A stretch of 64,000 nucleotides of DNA from an uncultured virus (IMG/VR IMGVR_UViG_3300021431_000104). Taxonomy: Duplodnaviria > Heunggongvirae > Uroviricota > Caudoviricetes. This document shows, piece after piece, positions 17,172 through 27,237 of this stretch (position 1 is its first letter; every line of letters starts with the position of its first letter). Where the stretch lies: IMG/VR virus record IMGVR_UViG_3300021431_000104; one strand, written 5' to 3'. Under the pieces are notes generated by a model. That model saw only the letters and a list, made by a program, of their open reading frames with translations, was not told the origin of the DNA and made no database searches. The position numbers were made by a program, and so were the translations under genes.

Positions 17172-17734
17172 TACTTAGTTCCCCTTTTTGCTTTTCTAAA
17201 CCATAGTGAGATAGATTTGGGATTAGCATCTGGGAATTTCTTAAGAACCCTACGTGTTACTCTTTCTAAATCATAGCCTTTAGAAGCTAATTCAAAGGTA
17301 TAGGATTTTTTAGTTCCTACTACAAAACCTCGTTCATCCTTTTGTCTTTTCTTCTTTTCTTTAGGTTTTTTAACCCCTTTTATTCTTCTGGATCTTCGTG
17401 TACCATCCTCTTGTTCATCTCCGAGAAACCCAAGCCTAAGCATAGAACTTCTTAGAGGGTCATCCTTAGAATAACCTGCTTCTGAAAGTTGGTGGTCCAT
17501 CCAGTCATCATATTTATCTATTAAGGATGGATCTGGGTGATTATCGGTACGGTTAATAAAATTTAATAAAGCACCGATACTGTTACCAGTAGCATCTGGG
17601 AAAGGCATACCCAAGATGATTGCTTGCCTTTTAATGTCTCTGTAAGTCATAGAACCACCTCCAGATCTCATAGACCCTAAGAGTTGGTATTTGCTTCTAG
17701 ACTTCTTAAGACTTGTTGTTGCTTTCTTTGTCAT
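17171..17734 (-). CDS. Basic putative DNA-binding protein
   Basis: 187 aa; HTH-like C-terminus KFPDANPKSISLWFRKA. Confidence 0.7.
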   Translation of the reverse strand: MTKKATTSLKKSRSKYQLLGSMRSGGGSMTYRDIKRQAIILGMPFPDATGNSIGALLNFINRTDNHPDPSLIDKYDDWMDHQLSEAGYSKDDPLRSSMLRLGFLGDEQEDGTRRSRRIKGVKKPKEKKKRQKDERGFVVGTKKSYTFELASKGYDLERVTRRVLKKFPDANPKSISLWFRKAKRGTK

Positions 17735-17777
17735 AGTGGTAGTTGTTGTTGATTATATCTTTATTTTTTATACAATG

Positions 17778-17809
17778 CAAAATTACATATAATATTTTAA
17801 ATATGCAAA
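17778..17809 (-). promoter_or_regulatory. Bacteroidota sigmaA-type promoter (class 2)
   Basis: TTTG-N20-TAATTTTG, identical to 11299-11330. Confidence 0.85.
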
Positions 17810-17822
17810 TTTTTTATTACTT

Positions 17823-18824
17823 TTATTCTATCTTTTTATAAAAATCCTCGGCTTTAGCTCTGGATTCACCTAAGTTGGTAGAGGATTTCTTTCTCTTTTT
17901 CTTAGGTATTTTAGTTTGATTATAGGCCATGTCAAGATGTTTGATAGAACACTCTAAGTTATTTACTCCATTATAGTTTACAGCTTTGTGAATTATATCT
18001 CTGTACTCAGGCCAAAATTTCTGAGACAGTTTTATACTAGAGGTCCTATCTAAGTATTGAGTAACTAAGAACCCATAAGTATCAGCATCTTCACGATTAT
18101 CAAATATATACAGGTAAAACTTAGTAAGTTCTTTTACTACACTTTCTTCTGGCCTAATTTTAAGAAGGTAATAACCATCGGTATATAAACTTTTAGAAAC
18201 AAGAGCTACCCAATAAGCTTTTTTAGAAGGTTTAACTTTATAAAACCAACGCTCTCGTATTCTTTCTAATACAAAATCAGGATTACGATTAAGTAAGTAC
18301 TTTAAAATGATCTTTTCTCGTTTATTCTCTCTCCTCTTAAAAGCACTGGGCTGTTGTAAAATCCTCGGTAATATACGATGATTATTCCACCTATCGAATT
18401 CGAAGATTAATCTTCTAGTACTTATATCCCAAGTATCTTCAGATTCCTGTAAAAGCTCCATATTTCTCATAATACTTCGCTGGTTAACACAAGGTACAGT
18501 ATTAGCAGAATCTCCTGAAAACTGTATAGCCTCTTTATAAGACATTCTCTTTTCTATACAAGCTTCTATAAAATCTTTAAACTGAGGCTCACAAGGACTA
18601 TCTGGTCTAAAGATACTACCATAGAGTTCAAAGAAATCCGTAAATAACTTAAAGAACTTCTGTGACCTCTCACGTATTTCGATATACTTGTAATGGGTTA
18701 TACCCAATACATTTCCAGCTTCCCATGAGGATTTACCTTCTGAGATTTGTAAAAATAGGGATTGTTGCTCAATGGGCTTTAGACAATTCCAAGCTTGAGA
18801 TTGAGCTGAATTCATGTTACTCAT
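17823..18824 (-). CDS. Putative transcription factor with an N-terminal sigma-region-4-like HTH
   Basis: AWNCLKPIEQQSLFLQISEGKSSWEAGNVLGIT matches the region-4 pattern L..L...E....L....G.S..EA...LGI. Confidence 0.6.
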   Translation of the reverse strand: MSNMNSAQSQAWNCLKPIEQQSLFLQISEGKSSWEAGNVLGITHYKYIEIRERSQKFFKLFTDFFELYGSIFRPDSPCEPQFKDFIEACIEKRMSYKEAIQFSGDSANTVPCVNQRSIMRNMELLQESEDTWDISTRRLIFEFDRWNNHRILPRILQQPSAFKRRENKREKIILKYLLNRNPDFVLERIRERWFYKVKPSKKAYWVALVSKSLYTDGYYLLKIRPEESVVKELTKFYLYIFDNREDADTYGFLVTQYLDRTSSIKLSQKFWPEYRDIIHKAVNYNGVNNLECSIKHLDMAYNQTKIPKKKRKKSSTNLGESRAKAEDFYKKIE

Positions 18825-18830
18825 AATAAG

Positions 18831-19577
18831 TTATTTTTGATTGTTTAACTTAGGAGCTTTAAGATGCCTTTTATTAGGTATTCTAGTAATCTGTTCATTA
18901 GTTAACCTATTTAAATCTCCCTTTTGTTGTTCTGAGAGTAATTTTCTTGGGTCAAAGTCTTCATATACACTGTAAATGACTAGATCCATAGGTAACCAAC
19001 TCATTATCCTATAAGTTTGAGGATAGGTTAATAACTTTACCCTTTGATTATCCCAGTCTATTTCTTTTATTATGGCATCTACACCTATATAGGGATAATG
19101 TCTCAAAGTTATAAAGTCATTTATATGTATAGCTGTAATATCCTCAAACTTCAATCTAGAATTTTCTTTGGATATGCTTATGAAATGTTTTACTTCTTTC
19201 TTAGTAACTCTAGCTATTTGCGAAAAATCATCGAATACATCAATATTGGCTGTACGAGGTTTTTTACCTCTACCTCTGTGCAAAGGTTCTGTATTCCTTA
19301 ACCAAGCCCGAATACCTGGTATGGCTCTTCTCATTTTTGCCATATATTGACGATTAAAAACCCTATCAGTAGGTACTCTCATAAAACCGTAGTTAAATAG
19401 GATAGGTACCTCGGTATCTACATACCTACCTCTACTGGATTGATGGTCGATAAATTTGATAGTAGGTATTATAGCTTTTACATGTTTATACCCATTATCC
19501 TTTAAGTCTTGGTTTATAGTCTTATAATACTTCTCTTCCAAGTAAAATACACAATATGAATAATGAGTAGTAGCCAT
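18831..19577 (-). CDS. NusG/RfaH/UpxY-family transcription elongation factor
   Basis: NGN-like AIIPT...PILFNYGFM...IPGIRAW and KOW-like DFITLRHYPYIGVDAIIKEID...RVKL. Confidence 0.8.
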   Translation of the reverse strand: MATTHYSYCVFYLEEKYYKTINQDLKDNGYKHVKAIIPTIKFIDHQSSRGRYVDTEVPILFNYGFMRVPTDRVFNRQYMAKMRRAIPGIRAWLRNTEPLHRGRGKKPRTANIDVFDDFSQIARVTKKEVKHFISISKENSRLKFEDITAIHINDFITLRHYPYIGVDAIIKEIDWDNQRVKLLTYPQTYRIMSWLPMDLVIYSVYEDFDPRKLLSEQQKGDLNRLTNEQITRIPNKRHLKAPKLNNQK

Positions 19578-20144
19578 CTATTGGTAATATTCTTTTTGGG
19601 TTTTACGTAATAGCTTATGTAAAGCTTTATAGGATATTTTTTCTTTTATCTCTGATGCCATAAAGACATATAATGAAGGAGTGGGTATGGATAGTTTAAG
19701 TAGATCTGGGTTATTGATAATCATTAACTTGGATATCAAAGCATCAGATTTTTGCAATTTGAGTATAGAACTAGCTATAAAAGGATCTACTACAAAAAAG
19801 AATTCACCTTTTGGCATAGAGTTGTACCTCATACATAATATGGGTAGTTTCTTAGTTCTCTTAGCATCTCTTGAAGCTTGGTCCCAGAAAGATAATATCT
19901 TACAACGTTTATTACCAAGAAGTATATGTTCAAAACGTATATCCTGGTAATTCTTACACTCTATAGAGATACAACATCTTCTCTTATGATGATCATCATT
20001 ACATATTAAATCAGATCCTAAGTCTCGGTTATTATGAAATGATCCAGATTGAGGGCTTCTACCGAAATCATAAGAAGTCCATTCGGTAAAATATTTAGCT
20101 ACTACCCTCTCAAATCTGGAGCCTTTTGCTTTACTATTCGCCAT
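19578..20144 (-). CDS. Holliday junction resolvase (Hjc-like PD-(D/E)XK)
   Basis: NSKAKGSRFER, SG, SDLI and IECK motifs. Confidence 0.85.
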   Translation of the reverse strand: MANSKAKGSRFERVVAKYFTEWTSYDFGRSPQSGSFHNNRDLGSDLICNDDHHKRRCCISIECKNYQDIRFEHILLGNKRCKILSFWDQASRDAKRTKKLPILCMRYNSMPKGEFFFVVDPFIASSILKLQKSDALISKLMIINNPDLLKLSIPTPSLYVFMASEIKEKISYKALHKLLRKTQKEYYQ

Positions 20145-20166
20145 ATTGTTATCATTTAGGGTTTAC

Positions 20167-21882
20167 TTAGGTAAATAGTATTTTCGACAGACCATCTTGT
20201 TTTACAACTTGCATAATCCTGGCTTTATGTAGAGGTAATGAAGAGTGATGGGAAATTAAGAAGAGACTTTTGTTTTCAAAGACTTTACTTATTAGGTTTA
20301 TGGCAGTCTCCAACACATCATCCGAAATTCCTTCGAATACTTCATCTAAAAAAGCTAAGTTTACTCCTCTAGCAGCAGTAAGTGTTTCATTCATTGCTAA
20401 AGCCATAGCAAGATTAACTAAAGAACGTTCTCCACCACTAAGTTCATCGTATTCTATAATTACGCCATTGTTTTCAATAAGTGTAACAAAGTCTTTTCTA
20501 GCTGATTCGAGATCTACTTCAAAGGATACTCTAAATCCTAAAATATCCGAATAATTAGCTAAAGTATCATTAAGTATAGATAAAGAAGAATCGAATAGGT
20601 ATGACTTTATACCATTATTACCTAATGGGTCTGAAATAAGCCAGTTATAGTTATTTAATTTGTTATTTACGGATTTCTGAAACTTCTTACATTGACTTAC
20701 CTTCTTATGATACTTATCATAACGATCTTTATACTTTGGAGATAATATCTTAGGCTTTTCTGACTCTAAATCCTTTATTTGTTTATCAATTGTACACATA
20801 TTGTCCGCTATACTAGCACACAACTGATCTAGATGATCATATTTTGATTTAATTTCCCTTAGGTTATATTTCCTTTGAGTAAGTTCCTCCTTCTCTTCTT
20901 GATACTTAGATATATCCTTGAAAGCCTTACGTAATTTTTTAAGTTTATCATATGCCTTTTCGTATTCTTTTTGTTTCAATAAACTCAAAATCTTAGAAAC
21001 TAAAGTCTCTAAGTTAAGCTGGGTACCTCTTTTAGCTTCACTAAGTAATTGGTTTAACTCTTTTAGCCTATTATCGGTCTTATTTATCTTGGTGTCTAAG
21101 GAAATAGCCACATTTTCTTTTTTACCCTTTTGAGTTTCCTGTAACTTCTTAGTTAACTCTAACCTTTTAGCTTTTAATTTCTGTTTACGCTTTTTAAAAT
21201 TCTCTTTCCAGTTCTTTTCATTATCTCTTAACTCTAAGTAAGTATTCTTAGCTTCTTCTGCATTAGTAGAGTATCTGTCTATCTTTTCTTCAATATCGTT
21301 AACTTCTATATTTAACTCTTTACGCTCATCATTGGCTAAATCTTTAGCTACATTCAAAAAGCTCAGGTCAAATATCTCCTCAAATAATTTTTTCTTATCC
21401 GTATTTGATTCCTGGATCAACCTTTTTAAACCCTGACCAAACATGATAGAATTTATGAACAATGGGTGAGTTAATCCTATCGTTTTCTCTATCTCTTTTT
21501 GTACCAATACTTTACCCTTTATATCTATAGGATAACCATCTTGATATAACAGTAGCTGATTGTTACCCTTTGAACTATCCTCTAGTAAACCTTTGTATTC
21601 TTGACACCTTATTATCTTAAAAACACCTTTAGAAGTCTGGTAGTTTATAGATACACATACACCCTTATAATTTTTAGGTTGATACTTAGACCAAGTTTTT
21701 ACATTAGATACTCCCTTTAAGTCTTTACCATAAAGTACCCAAGTAATAGCTGAAAAAATAGTAGATTTTCCACTACCTGTCGGACTGTTTATCCAAGTAA
21801 TACCTGGAGTATTTAACTGTAATTGAGTAGGTTCACAAATACTTCTAAAACCCTCTATGTTTATGGATAAAAATGTTAACAT
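20167..21882 (-). CDS. sbcC: SbcC/Rad50/gp46-like ATPase
   Basis: EGFRS, Walker A PTGSGKST, coiled coil, LSGGE signature, FLDE, ISH. Confidence 0.9.
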   Translation of the reverse strand: MLTFLSINIEGFRSICEPTQLQLNTPGITWINSPTGSGKSTIFSAITWVLYGKDLKGVSNVKTWSKYQPKNYKGVCVSINYQTSKGVFKIIRCQEYKGLLEDSSKGNNQLLLYQDGYPIDIKGKVLVQKEIEKTIGLTHPLFINSIMFGQGLKRLIQESNTDKKKLFEEIFDLSFLNVAKDLANDERKELNIEVNDIEEKIDRYSTNAEEAKNTYLELRDNEKNWKENFKKRKQKLKAKRLELTKKLQETQKGKKENVAISLDTKINKTDNRLKELNQLLSEAKRGTQLNLETLVSKILSLLKQKEYEKAYDKLKKLRKAFKDISKYQEEKEELTQRKYNLREIKSKYDHLDQLCASIADNMCTIDKQIKDLESEKPKILSPKYKDRYDKYHKKVSQCKKFQKSVNNKLNNYNWLISDPLGNNGIKSYLFDSSLSILNDTLANYSDILGFRVSFEVDLESARKDFVTLIENNGVIIEYDELSGGERSLVNLAMALAMNETLTAARGVNLAFLDEVFEGISDDVLETAINLISKVFENKSLFLISHHSSLPLHKARIMQVVKQDGLSKILFT

Positions 21883-23207
21883 AGTTTTTCACTTTTAGTT
21901 AATATATGTGTTAATAGGTTTAAACGGGTTTTATCTTTATCCCCCTGCTGTCTCATATATCTTCGAGCTAGTTGTTTTTTAGTAAGTTGCTTTGTAATTT
22001 TATGTTTAGTTTCTACAGATTTACTAGATAGCTTGGGTATTACTGTATAATAATTGCCATCTTCTTTAATTTCGGATTCATCATATACATCGATGAATTT
22101 AGGGTAATCGGTTAATTCTTTAAACTTCATGGATAGATCAGAGTATAAGATCCAATACCCCAACTTACTACCATTATCAGTCCTACGTTGCTGATAGGGG
22201 CAACCTATCATATACATCTTCTTACCTAATCTCTGAGGTTTATGTATATGACCACATAAAACTAAATCAAACTTATTAAGTATATTTAAGTTTAAATTTT
22301 CTACAGAATCTATAACCCTACCATCGTTATCTGAAGCTCCTGGGTAATCAGTATGTAACATCAATATATGTTTAGACCTTGACTTACCTATGTTTACGTT
22401 TATTTTCTTTAAGTATTCACTTAAACCAATATTATGGTCTATATAAGGTACACCGTGTATATAAAATTTACCTATATGTAACCTATCAAAATCTATACAC
22501 TTTAAAAACTTAAAAGTATTTGCAAACCTTGATACCCAACTAGAAGGTTTTTCATTTATCCTATTTATGTGATTACAACAGTGATTACCACTTATTGAAT
22601 ACAAGGTCCAATCCTTTTGGTCCAGTAGATTAAATTCATATTGTACTCTATCAAAAAGTTCAGCAGATATAGACTCTGGTCTATGAAAAAGATCTCCGCA
22701 ATGTAATACAGGTATATTAAGATCTACAGACATATCTGATATGTAGTCTAGTATCTTGAAAGCCGAATCTAACCTACTAGGCCATTTACCCCAATCATTG
22801 ATATGTAAATCTGATATTACTATGAACTTAGGTCTTTTTTTACAACCCAGTCTATCTTCTTTCATAGCCTGGTTGGTATTTTCTTGAGCAGTATACCAAC
22901 ATAAGTTTAACACATTATTATTAGCCCTATTATTATCTAAATGACCTACTATAGGCTTAAATAATGGATTTGGTATATAGGCTTCGGCTACTAATCTATG
23001 TATATAAGCCCTACGTATCTTATTTTGAGACCTTATTTTTAATACAACCTGTTTATATCCATTTGATCTAGTATAGGCTTTTAAGGGATTATATTTATTA
23101 CCAAGAGTATGTTTGCCTTTTATCCACCTACTATAAACCACTCCTTCCCTGGATATATGATACCCAGGGAAGTCTCTTATATTATCAATCATTTCTCTTT
23201 TGGCCAT
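21876..23207 (-). CDS. sbcD: SbcD/Mre11-like nuclease with an N-terminally fused NUMOD4-HNH domain
   Basis: SDLH, GDLFH, GNH and GHIH metallophosphoesterase motifs, preceded by GYHISREG...HRLVAEAYIPNP...HLDNNRANNNVLNL.W...EN. Confidence 0.85.
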   Translation of the reverse strand: MAKREMIDNIRDFPGYHISREGVVYSRWIKGKHTLGNKYNPLKAYTRSNGYKQVVLKIRSQNKIRRAYIHRLVAEAYIPNPLFKPIVGHLDNNRANNNVLNLCWYTAQENTNQAMKEDRLGCKKRPKFIVISDLHINDWGKWPSRLDSAFKILDYISDMSVDLNIPVLHCGDLFHRPESISAELFDRVQYEFNLLDQKDWTLYSISGNHCCNHINRINEKPSSWVSRFANTFKFLKCIDFDRLHIGKFYIHGVPYIDHNIGLSEYLKKINVNIGKSRSKHILMLHTDYPGASDNDGRVIDSVENLNLNILNKFDLVLCGHIHKPQRLGKKMYMIGCPYQQRRTDNGSKLGYWILYSDLSMKFKELTDYPKFIDVYDESEIKEDGNYYTVIPKLSSKSVETKHKITKQLTKKQLARRYMRQQGDKDKTRLNLLTHILTKSEKLC

Positions 23208-23911
23208 ACTATATCTACCTTTAGTTCTTCAGCTATTATCCTCTCCCTAGTTAACAACTCGGGTTCATCTATAATCATAACCTCTACTTTACCATATAGT
23301 GAAGTTAGGTAACCTACCTTATAACCTCCATAATCAAGATACTTTGGAGGTCTTATTAAACCTTGTGATATTCTCTCTATAGTACAATTAAAGTGTACTC
23401 CCCAATTATCAAGGATCATCAACATTATGGAAGAGATTTCTGCCTGAAAGTACTTATTTAATATGCGTTTATTATTATCCTCCATTACCCAGTTTTTTAC
23501 CATATAAGGAGTAAAGTTGAGTACTATGAGTTGATCACAAGTTTGACATAAACACATCTTACACAAATCTAAGAAGTGTTCTAACTCACATTGTGGTATA
23601 GTATCAGCTTGCTTATATAAAAAATAAGCTGCAGAATCAAGAAAACTTCTATCAGATACATAACTATCTTCTGAAAACTTCTTTTTTCTTAGATTTAGTA
23701 TCTGGAAATCTTGCCTATATAGCTCAGACTTATCATGAGCTAACATATCTTTATGAAGCTCTTCTTTTGTACTGGGTAATAGGTCAGAAACACTACCAGA
23801 TATAAATGGCCATTCTGGTTGATCTCCTTTACCTATAGAGCTAACATACTTAGCTAAAGTAGTTTTACCTATCCCGGAAGGACCTGCGAATTGAATACGA
23901 TTTTTTATCAT
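23189..23911 (-). CDS. P-loop nucleotide (dNMP) kinase
   Basis: GPSGIGKTT and SDRSFLD motifs. Confidence 0.75.
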   Translation of the reverse strand: MIKNRIQFAGPSGIGKTTLAKYVSSIGKGDQPEWPFISGSVSDLLPSTKEELHKDMLAHDKSELYRQDFQILNLRKKKFSEDSYVSDRSFLDSAAYFLYKQADTIPQCELEHFLDLCKMCLCQTCDQLIVLNFTPYMVKNWVMEDNNKRILNKYFQAEISSIMLMILDNWGVHFNCTIERISQGLIRPPKYLDYGGYKVGYLTSLYGKVEVMIIDEPELLTRERIIAEELKVDIVWPKEK

Positions 23912-24795
23912 TTGTTTAAGTTTTTAAATGGTTTGATAAAGATATCAGTTAGGAAAGAGTTAAAGGAGTATTCTATACATACCTCCCTGAATTTAGTGTA
24001 GTTTATCTTACTTATTGTATATAATTTTAGTACACCCTCATGATTTAACTTATGGGTATTAACAAACCACTTCAAGTCTATAAGCTGTTTATTACGTCCA
24101 TAAATTTCTTTCATTTTTTGATCTTCATTTAGCTCTAGATATTTATCTATTGTCCCCCACTTATCAAGAAATTTACGAGCTTTAACAGGACCAATACCAG
24201 GAACACCAGGTATATCATCTGAATTATCTCCAACAAGGCAAAGATAATCCACCGTTTCTTCTGGGTCATACCCAAACAATTCCTTACAATTAGTTTGTCT
24301 AACATACTCTTCTTTTCTTGGATTAAATATCTTAACTCTATCATTAGTAAGTAATTGATTAAAATCCTTATCTGAAGATACTATAGTTACTAACCATTCT
24401 GGGCTTATTACTTTAAAATATAGGTATGCTAAGAAATCATCACCCTCATAAACTGTAGTTTTATGTTTATCAAATACATATTTAATTCTTAGATACCTAA
24501 GGATCTTAAAGATAACCTGTTTTTGTTTAATAAGAGATTCTCTATCATAGGAGATATTTACTCGATGACCTTTATAATTTGGTAGTAACTTATCTCTTAA
24601 AGGAGAATGACCATTATCAAAAGTAATATATACATCATCAGGGTTAAACCTATCTATGTACATATGTAAAGATTTGAAAAATCCAAAGATAGCTCCACTG
24701 GGTTTACCATCAGTACTCTTTAATTTTTCGAATTTATGGAATGACTGGTGAAGGATGTTTTCACCATCGACTAATAATACCCTCTTTCTAGCCAT
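23908..24795 (-). CDS. 5'-3' exonuclease / flap endonuclease
   Basis: LLVDG, YKGHR, EGDD, SSDKDF, GDNSDDIPGVPGIG. Confidence 0.92.
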   Translation of the reverse strand: MARKRVLLVDGENILHQSFHKFEKLKSTDGKPSGAIFGFFKSLHMYIDRFNPDDVYITFDNGHSPLRDKLLPNYKGHRVNISYDRESLIKQKQVIFKILRYLRIKYVFDKHKTTVYEGDDFLAYLYFKVISPEWLVTIVSSDKDFNQLLTNDRVKIFNPRKEEYVRQTNCKELFGYDPEETVDYLCLVGDNSDDIPGVPGIGPVKARKFLDKWGTIDKYLELNEDQKMKEIYGRNKQLIDLKWFVNTHKLNHEGVLKLYTISKINYTKFREVCIEYSFNSFLTDIFIKPFKNLNK

Positions 24796-25231
24796 AGTAT
24801 TTATCTTTTAGTTTAATTATCCATTCTTTCACTTGTTCATAGTTCTCCTCTACTAGTCCAACTAATATGATGGATATATACTCTTCATACTCAAACTGTC
24901 TACGGAAATCCTCTACTAAATCGAGTAAGTACTTCTTCCTACTAATTCTACCCATAAAGCTTATTACCTTCTTGGGTTTATTAGTATTACCTACTCCTAC
25001 TTTTAATTCTTTAGACATTTGAGCTATATGTATGGCTTTATTCAAATCTTCTTCACCATTCTTATAGAGAAACCTTGAAACATATTTTAAGATCTCTCCT
25101 TGAAACCAGTTAAAATTAAAAGCGGTGAACACCATTACTGGCTCTATTTTAAACCTTTCATAGTGTTCACCACCTACTTGACATTCTTTAGTTTTCGTCT
25201 TCATCGTCTTCAGCATCACTAAATGATTCAT
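24788..25231 (-). CDS. DUF3310 / T7 gp1.7-like protein (likely start 25204)
   Basis: QVGGEHY...GEILKYVSR...KNGEEDLNKA. Confidence 0.8.
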   Translation of the reverse strand: MNHLVMLKTMKTKTKECQVGGEHYERFKIEPVMVFTAFNFNWFQGEILKYVSRFLYKNGEEDLNKAIHIAQMSKELKVGVGNTNKPKKVISFMGRISRKKYLLDLVEDFRRQFEYEEYISIILVGLVEENYEQVKEWIIKLKDKYYG

Positions 25232-26336
25232 ATTCTACACCCTCCACAGGGAAAAGGTTGCCAGATATTGATTCAAGCTTTTTTCTTGTAGTGGCGATAG
25301 TGTTAATTCTAGCTTTTTTAAGTAGCTTTCGTCGTAGATCATCGTCAGATTCGATAAGCTCTCTGAACTTTTCTTCTCCTCTAGCAATTTTCTCTCCTTT
25401 GTACTTAATAACTCCACCATTTGCCTTTTCGATAACCTCTTCCTCTGCAAACACCTCATCAAGGTAGAAATATCTATCGAACCCAATATCATGTAATTTA
25501 GGGTTAAAGTAAACTGGACATTTAGAAATAGTAGGCTTAGGCGGAGCGACTTTGTTTTTGAGCACTCGTAACGTAACCAATTTACCAGCCTTTCGTTCTC
25601 TTCCTTTAGACTTAACAGTAATATTTCTACCAGCGAAGAAGGCAACTCTAATTGATGCCCAGAACTTAAGAGCTGCTCCTCCAGTTGTTGTGGTATTATC
25701 TTTGCCAAATCCAACGTTAAGGGCAGTACGGACTTGATTGATATAGATTTGAGTAACTCCGAGTTTGTAGAATAGTTCATTGCGTATACGAAAATATTTA
25801 TATAAAGCCTTAGCTCTTCCTCCCATCTCAGCCTTACCCTCGACCATTTTAGCATCTATGTTATCAGAACAATCCATAGCTGCTATAGAATCAACGACTA
25901 ATAGTATAGGCTCATTATGAGTTAATTGTGAACGTATGTATATAGCTAGATCAGCTACTACGTCTGATACATATTCTATACGAGTATCATTAACTACAGT
26001 AACTCTATCAGGATCTACTCCATTAGCTTCAGCCCAAGAATTCATCCAAGACTGTTCAGCATCTACCCATATAACATGACCTCCAAGTTGTTGACAAGTA
26101 TATGCAAAGTTATAAGCTATAAGGGATTTACCAGAACTCTCTTCGCCAGCTACCTCTGCAATCTTACCGAAAGGTATACCTCCACCCCATTGGTGATTTA
26201 ATGCAAAAAAAGTAGAAGGTAACCATAGGTTATGTTCCTCTACCTGAGAAGCCTTCATTTTTATGATTGAGCCATATTTTTTATTGAGTTCATTTAATGT
26301 AGGAACTTTCAAACCCACTTTTGTTTTCTTAGCCAT
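25188..26336 (-). CDS. recA: RecA/UvsX recombinase
   Basis: GEESSGKS, VDAE, VVDSIAA, INQVR, TTGGAALKF, KNKVAPP. Confidence 0.95.
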   Translation of the reverse strand: MAKKTKVGLKVPTLNELNKKYGSIIKMKASQVEEHNLWLPSTFFALNHQWGGGIPFGKIAEVAGEESSGKSLIAYNFAYTCQQLGGHVIWVDAEQSWMNSWAEANGVDPDRVTVVNDTRIEYVSDVVADLAIYIRSQLTHNEPILLVVDSIAAMDCSDNIDAKMVEGKAEMGGRAKALYKYFRIRNELFYKLGVTQIYINQVRTALNVGFGKDNTTTTGGAALKFWASIRVAFFAGRNITVKSKGRERKAGKLVTLRVLKNKVAPPKPTISKCPVYFNPKLHDIGFDRYFYLDEVFAEEEVIEKANGGVIKYKGEKIARGEEKFRELIESDDDLRRKLLKKARINTIATTRKKLESISGNLFPVEGVEYESFSDAEDDEDEN

Positions 26337-26354
26337 AATGTTGTTAATTTAGTT

Positions 26355-26387
26355 AAAAAGGGAGATAAGTTATAAACCTACCTCCCT
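26355..26387 (-). terminator. Probable intrinsic terminator
   Basis: GGGAG...CTCCC hairpin followed by TTTTT. Confidence 0.6.
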
Positions 26388-26437
26388 CCAAAAATGACAG
26401 CATTGAAATTGTGATGGACATTATACCCAGTCCTGGG

Positions 26438-27232
26438 TTAGATATCAGACTTATACTTCTTTTTCTTCTTATCTTTCTTGTCTTTAGCCTTCTTCTTAGA
26501 CTTTTTCTTTGGCTCATCCTCTTCATCCTCAGAAGAATGGTCCTCATTAAGGAATTTCTCTAACTTGAGCTCAAGTTCGTCATAAGATTCTATCTGATCT
26601 CTTACAATCTTCTCAAGATCTATAGTACCTGCATACTTCTTATCCAACTTAGTTGGTTTACAAGGACGTACCGTATAGGAAGTATCCATTTTACCTGAGC
26701 CAGATCTTACGATCTTAATATCATAACCAGTACGAGGATCTGTCATATCTCCTGCTTCATCCTCATCAAGGTAAAGATCAATTATATCATTATATACTGA
26801 GCCAGCTATAAGTATACCCTTATCAGCTCCATCATGGTCTACCTTAGTACCCTTATCATCCTGATAAATAATACCTCCTACTACATACTTCCTACGAGGT
26901 ATAAGCAGTTTAGCCAAAGCTTTATCATCCTCATCATGAGACTGTTTAAGCTCCTGATATTTCTCCATAAATGGGCATGGCTCATCAAAAGTTGCTGGTG
27001 AGATAATACCTCCTATACCTTGTATATAGAACTGTATTACTTCTATACCCAACTCCTGATCATCTCCAGGAGATTTCAGACGGATTCGTGTACTACCCTC
27101 TTTAGGGAAAATCAAACCGTTATTATTACCTTTGCTCTCAAGCTTCTTTTTTCTCTCAAGCATCTTTTCCTTAGTGGTCATACCACTACTTGAAAGCTTC
27201 TTCTTTTTCTTGTCTTTGTTAAGTGTACCCAT
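26438..27232 (-). CDS. Single-stranded DNA-binding protein (gp32-like)
   Basis: CP motif, DPRTGYDIKIVRSGSGKMDTSY and acidic C-terminal segment; adjacent to recA. Confidence 0.75.
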   Translation of the reverse strand: MGTLNKDKKKKKLSSSGMTTKEKMLERKKKLESKGNNNGLIFPKEGSTRIRLKSPGDDQELGIEVIQFYIQGIGGIISPATFDEPCPFMEKYQELKQSHDEDDKALAKLLIPRRKYVVGGIIYQDDKGTKVDHDGADKGILIAGSVYNDIIDLYLDEDEAGDMTDPRTGYDIKIVRSGSGKMDTSYTVRPCKPTKLDKKYAGTIDLEKIVRDQIESYDELELKLEKFLNEDHSSEDEEDEPKKKSKKKAKDKKDKKKKKYKSDI

Positions 27233-27237
27233 ATTAT

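Noticed and set aside
25235..25855. 206-aa overlapping ORF inside recA as a real gene
   Set aside because: An open +1 frame follows from low NTA codon use; the translation has no recognisable features.
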